Source: an uncultured Desulfovibrio sp. (GTDB taxonomy: Bacteria; Desulfobacterota; Desulfovibrionia; Desulfovibrionales; Desulfovibrionaceae). From it: a stretch of 64,000 nt of DNA. Shown one piece after another: positions 1 through 10,228 of the stretch. Positions within the stretch are counted from its first letter, which is position 1, and the number at the start of each line of letters is the position of its first letter. The stretch lies in assembly GCF_944324935.1 (NCBI RefSeq), contig NZ_CALUYG010000004.1, forward strand, positions 18,470 to 82,469. The letters run 5' to 3'. A program made the translations under genes and the position numbers. The notes under the pieces were generated by a model. That model saw only the letters and a list, made by a program, of their open reading frames with translations. It did not search any database and was not told where the DNA came from.

Positions 1-10
1 ATGGCCGTAC

Positions 11-304
11 CTAGCGCATGGTTCGCAGCAGCATCTCGATACCGTTGAGCTCCTGCTTGATGGTTTCGTATTCCTGGGGATCGTGGCAGACGGAGAGCGC
101 CTGCACATAACTTTGCCGGGCCAGTTCGTACCGGCCCTGTGCCCGAAAGGCCCGCGCTTCCTTTACATACCGCCTGCTCAGGGCGTTGGTGCTGAACGAG
201 GCCTCCACCGCCTGGCAGGGGACCGGCAGCAGCACGGGAGAGAGCAGGAGGGTGCAGGCCAGACCGCTGGCGGCCGTCAGACCGAGGATGTGCTTGAACG
301 TCAT
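11..304 (-). CDS. Small exported hypothetical protein with one TPR-like helix pair
   Basis: 97-aa ORF, AGGAG upstream, N-terminal signal-like stretch, ARAFRAQGRYELARQSYVQAL resembles a TPR. Confidence 0.7.
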   Translation of the reverse strand: MTFKHILGLTAASGLACTLLLSPVLLPVPCQAVEASFSTNALSRRYVKEARAFRAQGRYELARQSYVQALSVCHDPQEYETIKQELNGIEMLLRTMR

Positions 305-323
305 TGCGATATCTCCTGAAGAC

Positions 324-1013
324 CTACTTGCTCTGCCGGATGGGGAGGGAGCCGCTGCTCAGGCTGGAGCCCGGGGTGTAGAGCGGGGGGTAATAGCCGT
401 TCTGTCCGTACTTGAGCGGCTTGCTTGCCGCGGCCTTGCGGGAGGCCAGCTGCACGTCGGATTCGGACATGCGCTGCACGATGCCGGTATTGGGCAGCAC
501 AAGCTGGCCCGTCCGCAGCACAAGGCCATCCGTGGCCCGCACCAGACGGGCGTTGACGAAGGTGGCGTCCTTGTCCACATAGTAGGTCCCCACGATGAGG
601 GCTGCCCACTTCTGACCCACCGGGATGCTGACATTGTTGAGGAAGGCGAGGTCATCCCTGCCCCCGGTGATGGAGACCTTGCCCGCCAGACGATACTCCC
701 GCACAGGGAAACCACGCTGATTGAATTCGTAGATGAGCGCTTCGGAGATAAGGCGGCCCAGCGGGGAACTCACGCTGCGGTTGCCTTGCTCCACAAAGGA
801 TGTCGGCAGGGCCACGACGCCCTTGAGGGCGTCATTGGGCATGGTGGCCAGCATCTGATCGGCCAGTTCCCGGCATTTGAGCTTGAGCTCCACCGCGTCG
901 ATGTACTCGGGATCCGTGGGGGCGGAGGAACGGGTGCATGCCGTGAGCAGGGCGGCCAGCAGCAGAAGCAGCAGGCAGAAGCGGCGGCATGGGGCAGGGG
1001 ACATGTGAAACAT
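324..1013 (-). CDS. FlgO-domain outer-membrane lipoprotein
   Basis: Start reassigned to ATG 1013 with GAGG upstream; lipobox-like LLTAC; SSPLGRLISEALIYEFNQRGFPVREYR and VGTY...VNARLV resemble FlgO. Confidence 0.7.
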   Translation of the reverse strand: MFHMSPAPCRRFCLLLLLLAALLTACTRSSAPTDPEYIDAVELKLKCRELADQMLATMPNDALKGVVALPTSFVEQGNRSVSSPLGRLISEALIYEFNQRGFPVREYRLAGKVSITGGRDDLAFLNNVSIPVGQKWAALIVGTYYVDKDATFVNARLVRATDGLVLRTGQLVLPNTGIVQRMSESDVQLASRKAAASKPLKYGQNGYYPPLYTPGSSLSSGSLPIRQSK

Positions 1014-1318
1014 AGGCACCTCTTGAGGTGAAGGTCTTGCGAAGCTTAACGGCAGTATGGAAAAAAACTTGAGCACGCCGGCAGAAATGACGCATATCCG
1101 TTGCTGCCGGGCTCTTCGGCAGAAATATGCAAATTTCGTTCCGGTAAAAACTGCCCGTATCGTCATGGCGGAGCGTGCGGGGCCTTCCCCCTCCGGCAAA
1201 GGCAATATAGCGAAAAAGCAGGCAAAGGGAAAGACGTTATCCGGGCGGGACAGGGCATGCGGCGTGGCAAAAAACCGCCGGGGCGGCGGATGCGTCCCGG
1301 GACTTCCGCTTATAAGGC

Positions 1319-1347
1319 TTGGCTTGCGGAGGGAAATAGCATACAAC
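1319..1347 (+). promoter_or_regulatory. Candidate sigma70 promoter of the ispG operon
   Basis: TTGGCT-N17-TACAAC, 73 nt upstream of the ispG ATG. Confidence 0.35.
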
Positions 1348-1420
1348 CTTTCGCGGTTCTTCCATGATGCTGCGGCCCGCTTCCGGGCTGTCGTCCATCG
1401 CATACGTCCGGGAGAAAAGG

Positions 1421-2497
1421 ATGATCGAGCGCCGCAAGACCCGTTCCGTGCAGCTGGGCAGACTGACCATCGGCGGTGGAGCCCCCATCGTCGTGCAGAG
1501 CATGACCAATACCGATACGCGAGATGTCGCGGCCACGCTGCGGCAGATCGAGGCCCTTGTGCGCCGCGGGTGCGAAGCCGTCCGGCTGGCCGTGCCCGAC
1601 GAAAGCGCCGCCGCCGCTCTGCGGGCCATTCGCGACGCCTCGCCGGTGCCGCTCATCGCCGATATCCATTTTGACCACCGGCTGGCGCTGGCTGCCCTTG
1701 AAGCGGGACTTGAAGGGTTGCGCATCAATCCGGGCAATATCGGGCCGCGGGCACATGTGGATGCCGTGGTGGACGCGGCCAGGGCCCACAGGGCCGTCAT
1801 CCGCGTCGGGGTCAATTCCGGCTCCGTGGAAAAAGGGCTGCTCGCCAGGTACGGCGGGCCCTGCCCCCAGGCCATGGTGGAGAGCGCGCTCGGGCATGTG
1901 CGCATGCTGGAGGCACGCGGGTTTTACGACACCAAGATATCCCTCAAGTCCTCCTCCGTGCCGGATACGCTGGAGGCCTACCGTCTGCTGGCCAGCGTAT
2001 GCGACTATCCGCTGCACATCGGCATCACCGAGGCGGGCGGGCTCATGCGCGGCACGGTCAAATCCGCCGTGGGGCTGGGCATCCTCCTGCATGAGGGCAT
2101 AGGCGACACCCTGCGCGTCTCGCTGACGGCCGACCCCGCGGAAGAGGTCAGCGTGGCCTATGAGATCCTGCGTGCCCTCGGCCTGCGGCGGCGCGGGCCG
2201 GAGATCATCTCCTGTCCCACCTGCGGGCGCACGGAGATCGACCTTTTCACGCTGGCGCGCGCGGTGGAAGAACGGCTTGCGGAATCCACGGCCGACATCA
2301 AGGTGGCGGTCATGGGCTGTGTGGTCAACGGGCCGGGCGAAGCGCGCGAGGCGGATCTCGGCCTTGCCGGCGGCCGGGACAAGGGGCTCATCTTCCGCAA
2401 GGGAGAAGTCATACGTTCCGTCAGAGGGCAGGATGCCCTGCTGGCGGCTTTTCTTGAAGAACTGCAACTCCTGCTCAAGGAAAAGGAAACCGCCTGA
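1421..2497 (+). CDS. ispG: (E)-4-hydroxy-3-methylbut-2-enyl-diphosphate synthase
   Basis: [30 protein letters not shown] and [13 protein letters not shown] motifs. Confidence 0.97.
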   Translation: MIERRKTRSVQLGRLTIGGGAPIVVQSMTNTDTRDVAATLRQIEALVRRGCEAVRLAVPDESAAAALRAIRDASPVPLIADIHFDHRLALAALEAGLEGLRINPGNIGPRAHVDAVVDAARAHRAVIRVGVNSGSVEKGLLARYGGPCPQAMVESALGHVRMLEARGFYDTKISLKSSSVPDTLEAYRLLASVCDYPLHIGITEAGGLMRGTVKSAVGLGILLHEGIGDTLRVSLTADPAEEVSVAYEILRALGLRRRGPEIISCPTCGRTEIDLFTLARAVEERLAESTADIKVAVMGCVVNGPGEAREADLGLAGGRDKGLIFRKGEVIRSVRGQDALLAAFLEELQLLLKEKETA

Positions 2498-4227
2498 TGC
2501 GCTTCAGTTCCTGTTATATCCCCACCCTCAAGGAAACCCCGGCCGAGGCCGAGGTGGCAAGCCATAAACTGCTGCTGCGTGCGGGCATGGTCCGTAAGCT
2601 GACGTCCGGCGTCTACATCTATCTGCCGCTGGGCCTGCGGGCCATCGACAACGTGGCCCGCGTGGTGCGCGAGGAGATGAACGCCGCAGGCTTCCAGGAA
2701 CTGCTCATGCCCTCGGTCATCCCCGGCGATCTCTGGAAGGAGACCGGCCGCTGGGAGCATTACGGCAAGGAACTGCTGCGCTTCAAGGACCGCAACGATC
2801 GGGATTACTGCCTCGGCCCCACGCATGAGGAAGTCATCACCGACCTGGTGCGCGGCGAGGTGCGCTCCTACCGTCAGCTCCCCGTGCGCCTCTACCAGAT
2901 CCAGAGCAAGTTCCGCGATGAGATCCGCCCCCGCTTCGGCCTCATGCGCGGGCGCGAATTCGTTATGAAGGACGGCTATTCCTTCGACGTGGATGATGCG
3001 GCGGCCGATGCCAGCTACGCCATCATGTACGAGACCTATATGCGGATATTCCAGCGCCTCGGCCTGCGCTTCCGGGCCGTGGAAGCGGATACCGGCTCCA
3101 TCGGCGGCAATTTCTCGCATGAGTTCATGGTGCTTGCCGATACCGGGGAAGACACCATCGCCGCCTGTACCTCCTGCCGTTATGCCGCCAATGTGGAGCG
3201 CGCCGAAGTGGTCTGGAAGGGCGACCCCTGTACGACGGGCTGTCCGCCTCGTGAACAGGTGGCCACGCCCGGCGCGCACAGCGTCGAGGAAGTGAGCGCC
3301 ATGCTGGGCGTCGCGCCCGAGCGCGTGGTCAAGACCATGCTGTTCACCGTGGACGGCAGGCATGTGGCCGTCCTCGTGCGCGGCGACCGCGAAGTCAACG
3401 ACATCAAGCTCAAGAACCTGCTCAAGGCGCAGGATGTGCAGCTGGCCAGCGGCGATGTGGTGGAGGCCCTGACCCATGCGCCGGTGGGCTTTGCCGGGCC
3501 GGTGGGCCTGGATGTGCCCGTCTATGCGGACGCCGAGCTGCAGGGCGCGACGGATTATGTGACGGGCGCCAACGCCGCGGACGCGCATCTGCTGCATGTG
3601 GACCTGGCGCGGGACGCCTCGGTCACGTCCTATGCCGATCTGCGGGCCATCACGGCGGACGACCGCTGCCCGCGCTGCGGCGCGCCCATCGAGCTGCCCA
3701 AGGGCATCGAAGTGGGGCACATCTTCAAGCTGGGCACCAAGTACAGCGACGCCATGCATGCCGTCTTCCTCGACGAGAACGGCAAGGAACGCGTGATGAT
3801 CATGGGGTGCTACGGCATCGGCGTCTCCCGCGTGGTAGCTGCGGCCATCGAGCAGAACAACGACGAGAACGGCATCATCTTCCCGCCGCAGATCGCCCCG
3901 GTACAGTGCATCCTGCTCAATCTCGATCCCGGTAAGGAAGACGTCTCCGCCCGGGCCGACGCCATCCACGACATGCTGGAAGGGCAGGGCGTTTCCGTGC
4001 TGCTGGACGATCGTGAAGAGCGGCCCGGCGTCAAGTTCAAGGATGCGGACCTCATCGGCGCGCCCATGCAGCTTATCGTAGGCGGCAAGGGGCTTGCGCG
4101 CGGCATCGTGGAATGCAAGGACAGGCGCACGGGCGAAAAGGGCGAGCTGTCGCTGGAAACGCTGCCCGAGGCGCTGGCCGCCTGGATGGAAACGGTGCGC
4201 CAGGGCTGGCGGGCCCGCATGGCCTGA
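2497..4227 (+). CDS. proS: Proline--tRNA ligase
   Basis: [49 protein letters not shown]; start overlaps the ispG stop. Confidence 0.98.
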   Translation: MRFSSCYIPTLKETPAEAEVASHKLLLRAGMVRKLTSGVYIYLPLGLRAIDNVARVVREEMNAAGFQELLMPSVIPGDLWKETGRWEHYGKELLRFKDRNDRDYCLGPTHEEVITDLVRGEVRSYRQLPVRLYQIQSKFRDEIRPRFGLMRGREFVMKDGYSFDVDDAAADASYAIMYETYMRIFQRLGLRFRAVEADTGSIGGNFSHEFMVLADTGEDTIAACTSCRYAANVERAEVVWKGDPCTTGCPPREQVATPGAHSVEEVSAMLGVAPERVVKTMLFTVDGRHVAVLVRGDREVNDIKLKNLLKAQDVQLASGDVVEALTHAPVGFAGPVGLDVPVYADAELQGATDYVTGANAADAHLLHVDLARDASVTSYADLRAITADDRCPRCGAPIELPKGIEVGHIFKLGTKYSDAMHAVFLDENGKERVMIMGCYGIGVSRVVAAAIEQNNDENGIIFPPQIAPVQCILLNLDPGKEDVSARADAIHDMLEGQGVSVLLDDREERPGVKFKDADLIGAPMQLIVGGKGLARGIVECKDRRTGEKGELSLETLPEALAAWMETVRQGWRARMA

Positions 4228-4279
4228 GCCGGCCAGGCGGAGAGCGGTCCCCGCTGACGCGGCGGGGCCGGAGAGGCCA

Positions 4280-5788
4280 GTGTCGAACGATATGACCATT
4301 CAGTCCGTCCGCCAGCTGACGGAACAGCTCCGCCGCATGGTGGAGCGCCATTTCCCCTTTGTCTGGGTGCGGGGCGAGGTGGGCAATCTTGCCCGTCCCG
4401 CATCCGGGCATTTTTATTTCACGCTCAAGGATGCCGATGCGCAGCTCCAGTGCGTCTGGTTCCGGCAGCAGCAGCGGCAGCGGGGGACCTTCGATCCCCT
4501 GACCGGCGAAGTCTTTGAAACGCCGCCGCCCGCCCCGGAGGAACTGCTCCGGCAGGGGGCGGAGCTCATCTGCGCCGGCCATGTGGGCATATATGCCCCG
4601 CGCGGACAGTATCAGCTGGTGGTGGAGCTCGTGCAGCCCGCCGGGCAGGGAGGCCTTGCCCAGGCTTTCGAAGAGCGCAAGCGCCGTCTTGCCGCGCTCG
4701 GCTACTTCGCGCAGGAGCGCAAGCGCCGTCTGCCCTGGAATCCCGCGCGAGTGGCGTTGATCACCTCTCCCCACGGCGCGGCCATCCACGACTTCTGGCG
4801 TCTGGCCGGCCAGCGCGGACAGGCGGCGCGGATACGGCTGTATCCGGCGACCGTGCAGGGCGACGGCGCGGCGCCGTCCATCGTGCGCGCGCTGGAAACG
4901 GCCAATGCCCATGCGCTGTTGCCTGACGGGCCGCAGGTCATCGTCCTCATCCGCGGTGGCGGTTCGCTGGAAGACCTCTGGGCCTTCAACGAGCAGGAGG
5001 TGGCCGAGGCCGTGTTTCGTTCCCGCCTGCCGGTGCTGGCCGGCATCGGGCATGAAGTGGACGTCACGCTGGCCGATCTGACGGCCGATGTGCGGGCCGC
5101 GACCCCCTCGCATGCGGCGCAACTGCTCTGGCCGACACGACAGGAACTGTTCCAGTTGCTCGATGATATGGATGCCGCCCTTTTTCGCTGTCTGCAACGG
5201 CGGCTGGAGCGGCAGGAACTGCGGCTGGGGAGTCTGGCGCGTCTGCTGCGCGCCCATGCGCCGCAGCGCCAGCTGGAACGGCTGGAAAGCGCGCGGGGCC
5301 GTCTTGCCGCCGCCCTGCGACGGGCCGCGTGCGAAATGCTGGACAGGCGGCAGCGGCAGACGGATCATCTCACGCGGATGCTGCGTTCACTCTGGGGGCC
5401 GTCCCGGCTGACCGTCCCGGAACGGGAGAGCGGGGCGCTGGAAGAGCGCCTGCGGGCTGCACTGCCCCGGCTGCTGGTGCGGCGTCGGCAGGATGTGTTC
5501 TGGTGGGAGCAGCGCCTGAGGGCGGGCGGCCGGCAGTACACGGACAGGGCGCAAGCGCGGCTGGAGCGGCTGGATGTGCGGCTGACCGCCTGCGATCCCC
5601 TCGCGCCGCTGGCGCGCGGCTACGCGCTCGTTGCCGACGCGCGGGGAGCCGTGGTGCACAGCGTCCGGCAGACGCATGGCGGACAGGAGCTGAGCATTCG
5701 CTTGCAGGATGGGGCTCTGGGGGTTACAGTCGCTCAAATCAGCCCCCGTTCGGATACGCCGCCGGCGGCGACAGAAGGAGAAGGATGA
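4280..5788 (+). CDS. xseA: Exodeoxyribonuclease VII large subunit
   Basis: VWVRGEVGNL..SGHFYFTLKD, RGGGSLEDLWAFNE, GIGHEVD, ATPSHAA; GTG 4280 follows GGAGAGG. Confidence 0.95.
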   Translation: MSNDMTIQSVRQLTEQLRRMVERHFPFVWVRGEVGNLARPASGHFYFTLKDADAQLQCVWFRQQQRQRGTFDPLTGEVFETPPPAPEELLRQGAELICAGHVGIYAPRGQYQLVVELVQPAGQGGLAQAFEERKRRLAALGYFAQERKRRLPWNPARVALITSPHGAAIHDFWRLAGQRGQAARIRLYPATVQGDGAAPSIVRALETANAHALLPDGPQVIVLIRGGGSLEDLWAFNEQEVAEAVFRSRLPVLAGIGHEVDVTLADLTADVRAATPSHAAQLLWPTRQELFQLLDDMDAALFRCLQRRLERQELRLGSLARLLRAHAPQRQLERLESARGRLAAALRRAACEMLDRRQRQTDHLTRMLRSLWGPSRLTVPERESGALEERLRAALPRLLVRRRQDVFWWEQRLRAGGRQYTDRAQARLERLDVRLTACDPLAPLARGYALVADARGAVVHSVRQTHGGQELSIRLQDGALGVTVAQISPRSDTPPAATEGEG

Positions 5789-6759
5789 TGTCCCACATGC
5801 TTCAGGGCGCGGGCCTGTTGCGCCGCTCGTTTCGAATGACGCTTCTGTCCGGGGGCATTGCCGCGTTGTGCTGCCTCTGGGCCGGCATGGTGCAGGCGGC
5901 GACGCTGCGACTCGAGGCGCCGGAACAGGTGGCGCGCGGCGACGCTTTCCTGGCGCTGGCCGCTGCCGATACGCCGGTGCGGGAAGTGATCTTTTCCTGG
6001 CGCGGCAAGCAATGGCGCGCGCAGGCCGAGGCTATGACCACCCCGCGGGGGACGCCGGCCTGGCAAGCTGTCATGCTGCTTTCCGTCCCGCTGGAAGCCA
6101 GGGAGGACCGCCTTTCCCTGTCGGCCTCGGCAGCGGGCGGCGGTCGTTCCCCGCAGGCGGCGGTGAGGCTTTTCGACCGCAAGCGCCCGGTGCAGAAGCT
6201 GACCGTGGACAAGAAGTATGTGGATCCGCCCGCCAAGGTCATGGAACGCATCCGCCGGGACAGGGAACAGGTCAGGGCCGCGCTGGCCGGCTATTCGCCC
6301 GTACGGCAATGGACCTTGCCGCTTGCCCGGCCCGTGCCGGGAGGCATCTCCAGCCTGTACGGCCTCAAGCGCGTCTTCAACGGCCAGGCGCGCGGCTATC
6401 ATCGGGGCCTCGATCTGCGCGGCGCCAGCGGGACGCCCATCAGGGCCTGTGCCGACGGGCGCGTGGTGCTGTGCGATGATCTCTATTTTTCCGGCAAGAC
6501 CGTGTATCTGGATCACGGGCAGGGCGTCTTCACCGCCTATCTGCACATGTCCGAACAGCTGGTGCGGAACGGGCAGGAGGTACGCAAGGGGCAGATCATC
6601 GGCAAGGTCGGCGCCACGGGGCGCGTGACCGGGCCGCATCTGCATCTTTCCCTCATCGTGCAGGGGCAGTCCGTGGATGTGGAACCCCTCCTTGCCCCCT
6701 GGGAAGAGACCGCGGCGCAGCCTGCCGCCGCAGCGGTCGTCGTTCAACCCCTCAAGTGA
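5785..6759 (+). CDS. M23-family metallopeptidase
   Basis: HRGLDLR (HxxxD) and GPHLH (HxH) zinc motifs; N-terminal signal-like segment; ATGA overlap with xseA. Confidence 0.9.
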   Translation: MMSHMLQGAGLLRRSFRMTLLSGGIAALCCLWAGMVQAATLRLEAPEQVARGDAFLALAAADTPVREVIFSWRGKQWRAQAEAMTTPRGTPAWQAVMLLSVPLEAREDRLSLSASAAGGGRSPQAAVRLFDRKRPVQKLTVDKKYVDPPAKVMERIRRDREQVRAALAGYSPVRQWTLPLARPVPGGISSLYGLKRVFNGQARGYHRGLDLRGASGTPIRACADGRVVLCDDLYFSGKTVYLDHGQGVFTAYLHMSEQLVRNGQEVRKGQIIGKVGATGRVTGPHLHLSLIVQGQSVDVEPLLAPWEETAAQPAAAAVVVQPLK

Positions 6760-6762
6760 CAC

Positions 6763-7032
6763 ATGAAGAATTCACGCAACAAGATCCCGGCCGACTTTGA
6801 GGGCCGCATGGAACGTCTCCAGGAGATCGTGACCGCGCTGGAAGAAGGCCGGTTGCCGCTGGAAGAGGGCATGGCTCTGTACAAGGAGGGCGTGGAGTGT
6901 TCCCGCCTGTGCCGGGAGCAACTGGAAAAGGCCCGCCATCAGATGTCCGTCTGGCAGGATGGCGAGGAGAAGGATATGACTCTTACGGATGCCGTGTCCG
7001 GCCGTCAGCCGGACGAGGAGGAAAGCATATGA
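6763..7032 (+). CDS. xseB: Exodeoxyribonuclease VII small subunit
   Basis: FEGRMERLQEIVTALEEGRLPLEEGMALYKEGV. Confidence 0.93.
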   Translation: MKNSRNKIPADFEGRMERLQEIVTALEEGRLPLEEGMALYKEGVECSRLCREQLEKARHQMSVWQDGEEKDMTLTDAVSGRQPDEEESI

Positions 7033-7919
7033 CGCCTCAGGAAATGAAAGGACTGCTCAAGGAACGCGGCGCTCAGGTCGAGACCTGGCTAGCCTCCTGT
7101 CTGGACGGGCGGGAGCTGCCGCCGCGCCTCAAGGATTCCATGCTGTACAGCCTGCAGGCGGGCGGCAAGCGGCTGCGTCCCGTGCTCTGCATGAGCACGG
7201 CGGCCATGTGCGGTCTTGCGCCGGAAAGGGTACTGCCCTTTGCCGGGGCCATCGAGATGGTGCATACCTATTCCCTGATCCACGACGATCTGCCAGCCAT
7301 GGACGACGACGACCTGCGGCGCGGCAAGCCTTCCAACCACAAGGCCTTTGATGAGGCTACGGCCATCCTGGCCGGGGACGGCCTGCTGACGGACGCCTTT
7401 TACGTTATGAGCGGCCTTGATCTGCCCGCGGAGCGTGTGCTGGCCGCCCTGCGGGAATTTTCCCTGGCGGCCGGTTCGTCCGGTATGGTGGGCGGACAGG
7501 AATGGGACATGATCTTCACCGGCATGGAGAGCATCAGTCTGGATCAGCTCCGTCTCATGCACGCCATGAAGACCGGGGCCATCCTGCGCGCCTCCTGCGT
7601 GTGCGGGGCCCTGCTGGCCGGGGCCGATGCCGGGGCGCTCAAGGCTATCGGCGACTTCGGGGCGGCGCTGGGCGTGGCCTTCCAGATCGCCGACGACATC
7701 CTTGATGTGGTGTCGGACACCGAAACGCTGGGCAAGCCTGCCGGCAGCGACGAGGAGCAGGGCAAGAACACCTACCCCAAGCTGGTGGGGCTGGACAAGA
7801 GCCGGGAACTGGCGCGCGGCTATGCCGACAGCGCGCAGGCCGCGCTGTCCCGCTTTGAGGGGCGGGAAGCCGCCTTCCTGGCGGCGCTGGCGGATTACAC
7901 TGTCAACAGAACGGCCTAG
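7029..7919 (+). CDS. ispA: Farnesyl/geranyl diphosphate synthase
   Basis: GGKRLRP, SLIHDDLPAMDDDDLRRGKP, FQIADDILD; overlaps the xseB stop. Confidence 0.95.
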   Translation: MTPQEMKGLLKERGAQVETWLASCLDGRELPPRLKDSMLYSLQAGGKRLRPVLCMSTAAMCGLAPERVLPFAGAIEMVHTYSLIHDDLPAMDDDDLRRGKPSNHKAFDEATAILAGDGLLTDAFYVMSGLDLPAERVLAALREFSLAAGSSGMVGGQEWDMIFTGMESISLDQLRLMHAMKTGAILRASCVCGALLAGADAGALKAIGDFGAALGVAFQIADDILDVVSDTETLGKPAGSDEEQGKNTYPKLVGLDKSRELARGYADSAQAALSRFEGREAAFLAALADYTVNRTA

Positions 7920-7923
7920 CGCG

Positions 7924-9825
7924 ATGGACAGGGAAAGCACGACGCCTCTGCTCGATTCCCTCACCGGGCCGGCCCAGGTGGGGAACCTCACGGACGGCCA
8001 GCTCCAGCAGCTGGCCGACGAGCTGCGGCGTCGCATCATCAAGGTGGTGGCGCGCAACGGCGGACACCTTGCGCCCTCGCTGGGCGTGGTGGAGCTGACG
8101 CTGGCCCTGCTGGCCACGTTCGACATGAGCCGCGACAAGCTGGTCTGGGATGTGGGGCATCAGTCCTATGCCTACAAACTGCTGACCGGCCGTCATGCCG
8201 CCTTTGACACACTGCGCAAGCTGGGGGGCATCTCCGGCTTCCCGCGGCGCGAAGAGAGCCCCTACGACCATTTCGGCGTGGGCCATTCTTCCACCTCCAT
8301 CTCGGCGGCGCTGGGCATGGCCGTGGCCCGTGACTACCTGCATGAGAACCATCATGTGCTGGCGGTCATCGGGGACGGTTCCCTGACGGGCGGCGAGGCC
8401 TTTGAGGGGCTCAACCTTGCCGGCCACATGGGCAGGCGGCTTATCGTGGTGCTCAACGACAACGAGATCTCCATCTCGCCCAACGTGGGGGCCCTTTCCC
8501 GTTTTCTGAGCCGCACGCTGTCCCGCCGCTGGGTACGGCAGGTCCGTAAGGACGTGCTGACCTTCCTGCGGACCGTGCCGCGCATCGGCAATCATCTGGC
8601 CACCTACGCCATGCGCGGCGAATGGAGCTTCAAGTCCTTCTTCACGCCCGGCATGCTCTTCGAGGCCCTGCGCTTCACCTACATCGGGCCTGTGGACGGC
8701 CATGATCTGGCCGCTCTGCGAACGCATCTGGAAATGGCCGCCGGTGTGGAGGACGGGCCGGTGCTGCTGCATGTGCGTACCCGCAAGGGCAAGGGCTATG
8801 CCCCGGCGGAGCTGGACCCCACGCATTATCACGGCGTCGGGCATTTCCTGCCGGAAACGGGCAAGGCCGTGCCGTCGGCCACGGTGTCGGCGCCGTCCTA
8901 TACCAGCGTGTTCGGCAAGACGCTGGTGGCGCTGGCCGAAGAGGACAAGCGCATTATGGCCATCACCGCCGCCATGCCGGAAGGCACGGGCACGCAGGCC
9001 TTTCAGGACCGCTTCCCCGACCGCTTTGCCGATGTGGGCATCTGCGAGCAGCATGCCGTCACCTTTGCGGCGGGCATGGCCAGTCAGGGCCTGCGCCCCG
9101 TGGTGGCCATTTATTCCACCTTCCTGCAACGAGCCTATGATCAGATAGTCCATGACGTCTGCCTGCAGAATCTGCCCGTGACCTTCTGCATCGACCGGGC
9201 CGGGCTGGTGGGCGAGGACGGCGCGACCCATCACGGCGTCTTCGATATGGCCTATCTGCGGCATATCCCCAATATGCATCTGCTGGCCCCCCGGGATGAA
9301 AACGCGCTGCGGCACTGCCTTGCCACGGCGCTTACGCTCAATGCGCCCTGCGCCCTGCGCATCCCGCGCGGCGCGGGTGTCGGCGAGCCGCTGGAGGGAG
9401 AGCCCGCCCTGTTGCCCGTCGGGCAGGGGGAATGCCTGCGTGAGGGGAAGGATGCCGTGCTCATCGCGGTGGGCAGTTGCGTGCATCCGGCTTTGCAGGC
9501 GGCGGAGATGCTGGCGGCGGAGGGCATTTCCACGGAAGTGTTCGATGCCGTCTGGATCAAGCCGCTGCCCGAAGCCCAGTTGCTGGAGCTGGCGGAGCGT
9601 TTTTCCGTGCTCGTGCTGGTGGAGGAGGGCGTCCGGGCCGGAGGCTTTTCGTCCGCTGTGCTGGAACTGCTTTCCGACAAGGGAGCGCTGCGCGGGCAGC
9701 GCATCCGCCGTCTGGGACTCTGGGACGCCTTTGTGGAGCATGGCACTCAGGCCGAGTTGCGGCGCATGGTGGGCCTGGATGCCGAACATCTGGCGCAGGC
9801 CGTGCGCGACGCCCTGCAGGAGTGA
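7924..9825 (+). CDS. dxs: 1-deoxy-D-xylulose-5-phosphate synthase
   Basis: GGHLAPSLGVVELT, WDVGHQ, GHSSTSIS, IGDGSLTGG, DVGICEQHAV. Confidence 0.98.
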   Translation: MDRESTTPLLDSLTGPAQVGNLTDGQLQQLADELRRRIIKVVARNGGHLAPSLGVVELTLALLATFDMSRDKLVWDVGHQSYAYKLLTGRHAAFDTLRKLGGISGFPRREESPYDHFGVGHSSTSISAALGMAVARDYLHENHHVLAVIGDGSLTGGEAFEGLNLAGHMGRRLIVVLNDNEISISPNVGALSRFLSRTLSRRWVRQVRKDVLTFLRTVPRIGNHLATYAMRGEWSFKSFFTPGMLFEALRFTYIGPVDGHDLAALRTHLEMAAGVEDGPVLLHVRTRKGKGYAPAELDPTHYHGVGHFLPETGKAVPSATVSAPSYTSVFGKTLVALAEEDKRIMAITAAMPEGTGTQAFQDRFPDRFADVGICEQHAVTFAAGMASQGLRPVVAIYSTFLQRAYDQIVHDVCLQNLPVTFCIDRAGLVGEDGATHHGVFDMAYLRHIPNMHLLAPRDENALRHCLATALTLNAPCALRIPRGAGVGEPLEGEPALLPVGQGECLREGKDAVLIAVGSCVHPALQAAEMLAAEGISTEVFDAVWIKPLPEAQLLELAERFSVLVLVEEGVRAGGFSSAVLELLSDKGALRGQRIRRLGLWDAFVEHGTQAELRRMVGLDAEHLAQAVRDALQE

Positions 9826-9850
9826 CGGCTCAGGGAAAACATGTCGTTTC

Positions 9851-9884
9851 GCCCCTTTTGCCCACAAGGCAAAGGGGGCTTTTT
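9851..9884 (+). terminator. Intrinsic terminator after dxs
   Basis: GCCCCTTTTG/CAAAGGGGGC stem followed by TTTTT. Confidence 0.75.
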
Positions 9885-9899
9885 CGTCTCTGTCCATGA

Positions 9900-10122
9900 G
9901 GGCCTGTTGACATTATTCGTTTCCTGTTTGGGGGGAGGGGAACCCCTCCGCCAGCGCGGGAGGTGTTCCCCTCCCCCAAGCCCCCCATCCCTTCCCCAGC
10001 GCGCTTTTACCGGGGAAGCGTCAGGGACACGAGGCAACCCCGCCCCCAAAAGCAAGCGGAGCGTGTACAGCCCATTTATATTATCTATTGAAATTGTTTG
10101 TGGAATTTGTGTTAACAGAGCC
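9900..10122. mobile_element. MITE-like element family A, copy A1 (223 bp)
   Basis: Ends GGGCCTGTTGACA...TGTTAACAGAGCC (10/13 inverted match); TGA at 9897-9899 and 10123-10125; long internal hairpin ~9928-9979; homologous to 19784-20112 and 55814-55951. Confidence 0.75.
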
Positions 10123-10123
10123 T

Positions 10124-10228
10124 GAAGCATTTTCCGTTTGAAATGCTTCGCGCTTCAAACCATACGGTTCATCGCTTCGCGGAGAAAATGTGGTTTTTCG
10201 CTCACTTTTGGTCGGGCGGCGTTGTGCC
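10124..10228. repeat. Dispersed repeat family B, copy B1
   Basis: Starts with palindrome GAAGCATTT-N8-AAATGCTTC; aligns by eye with 36039-36142 and 56061-56163. Confidence 0.7.
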
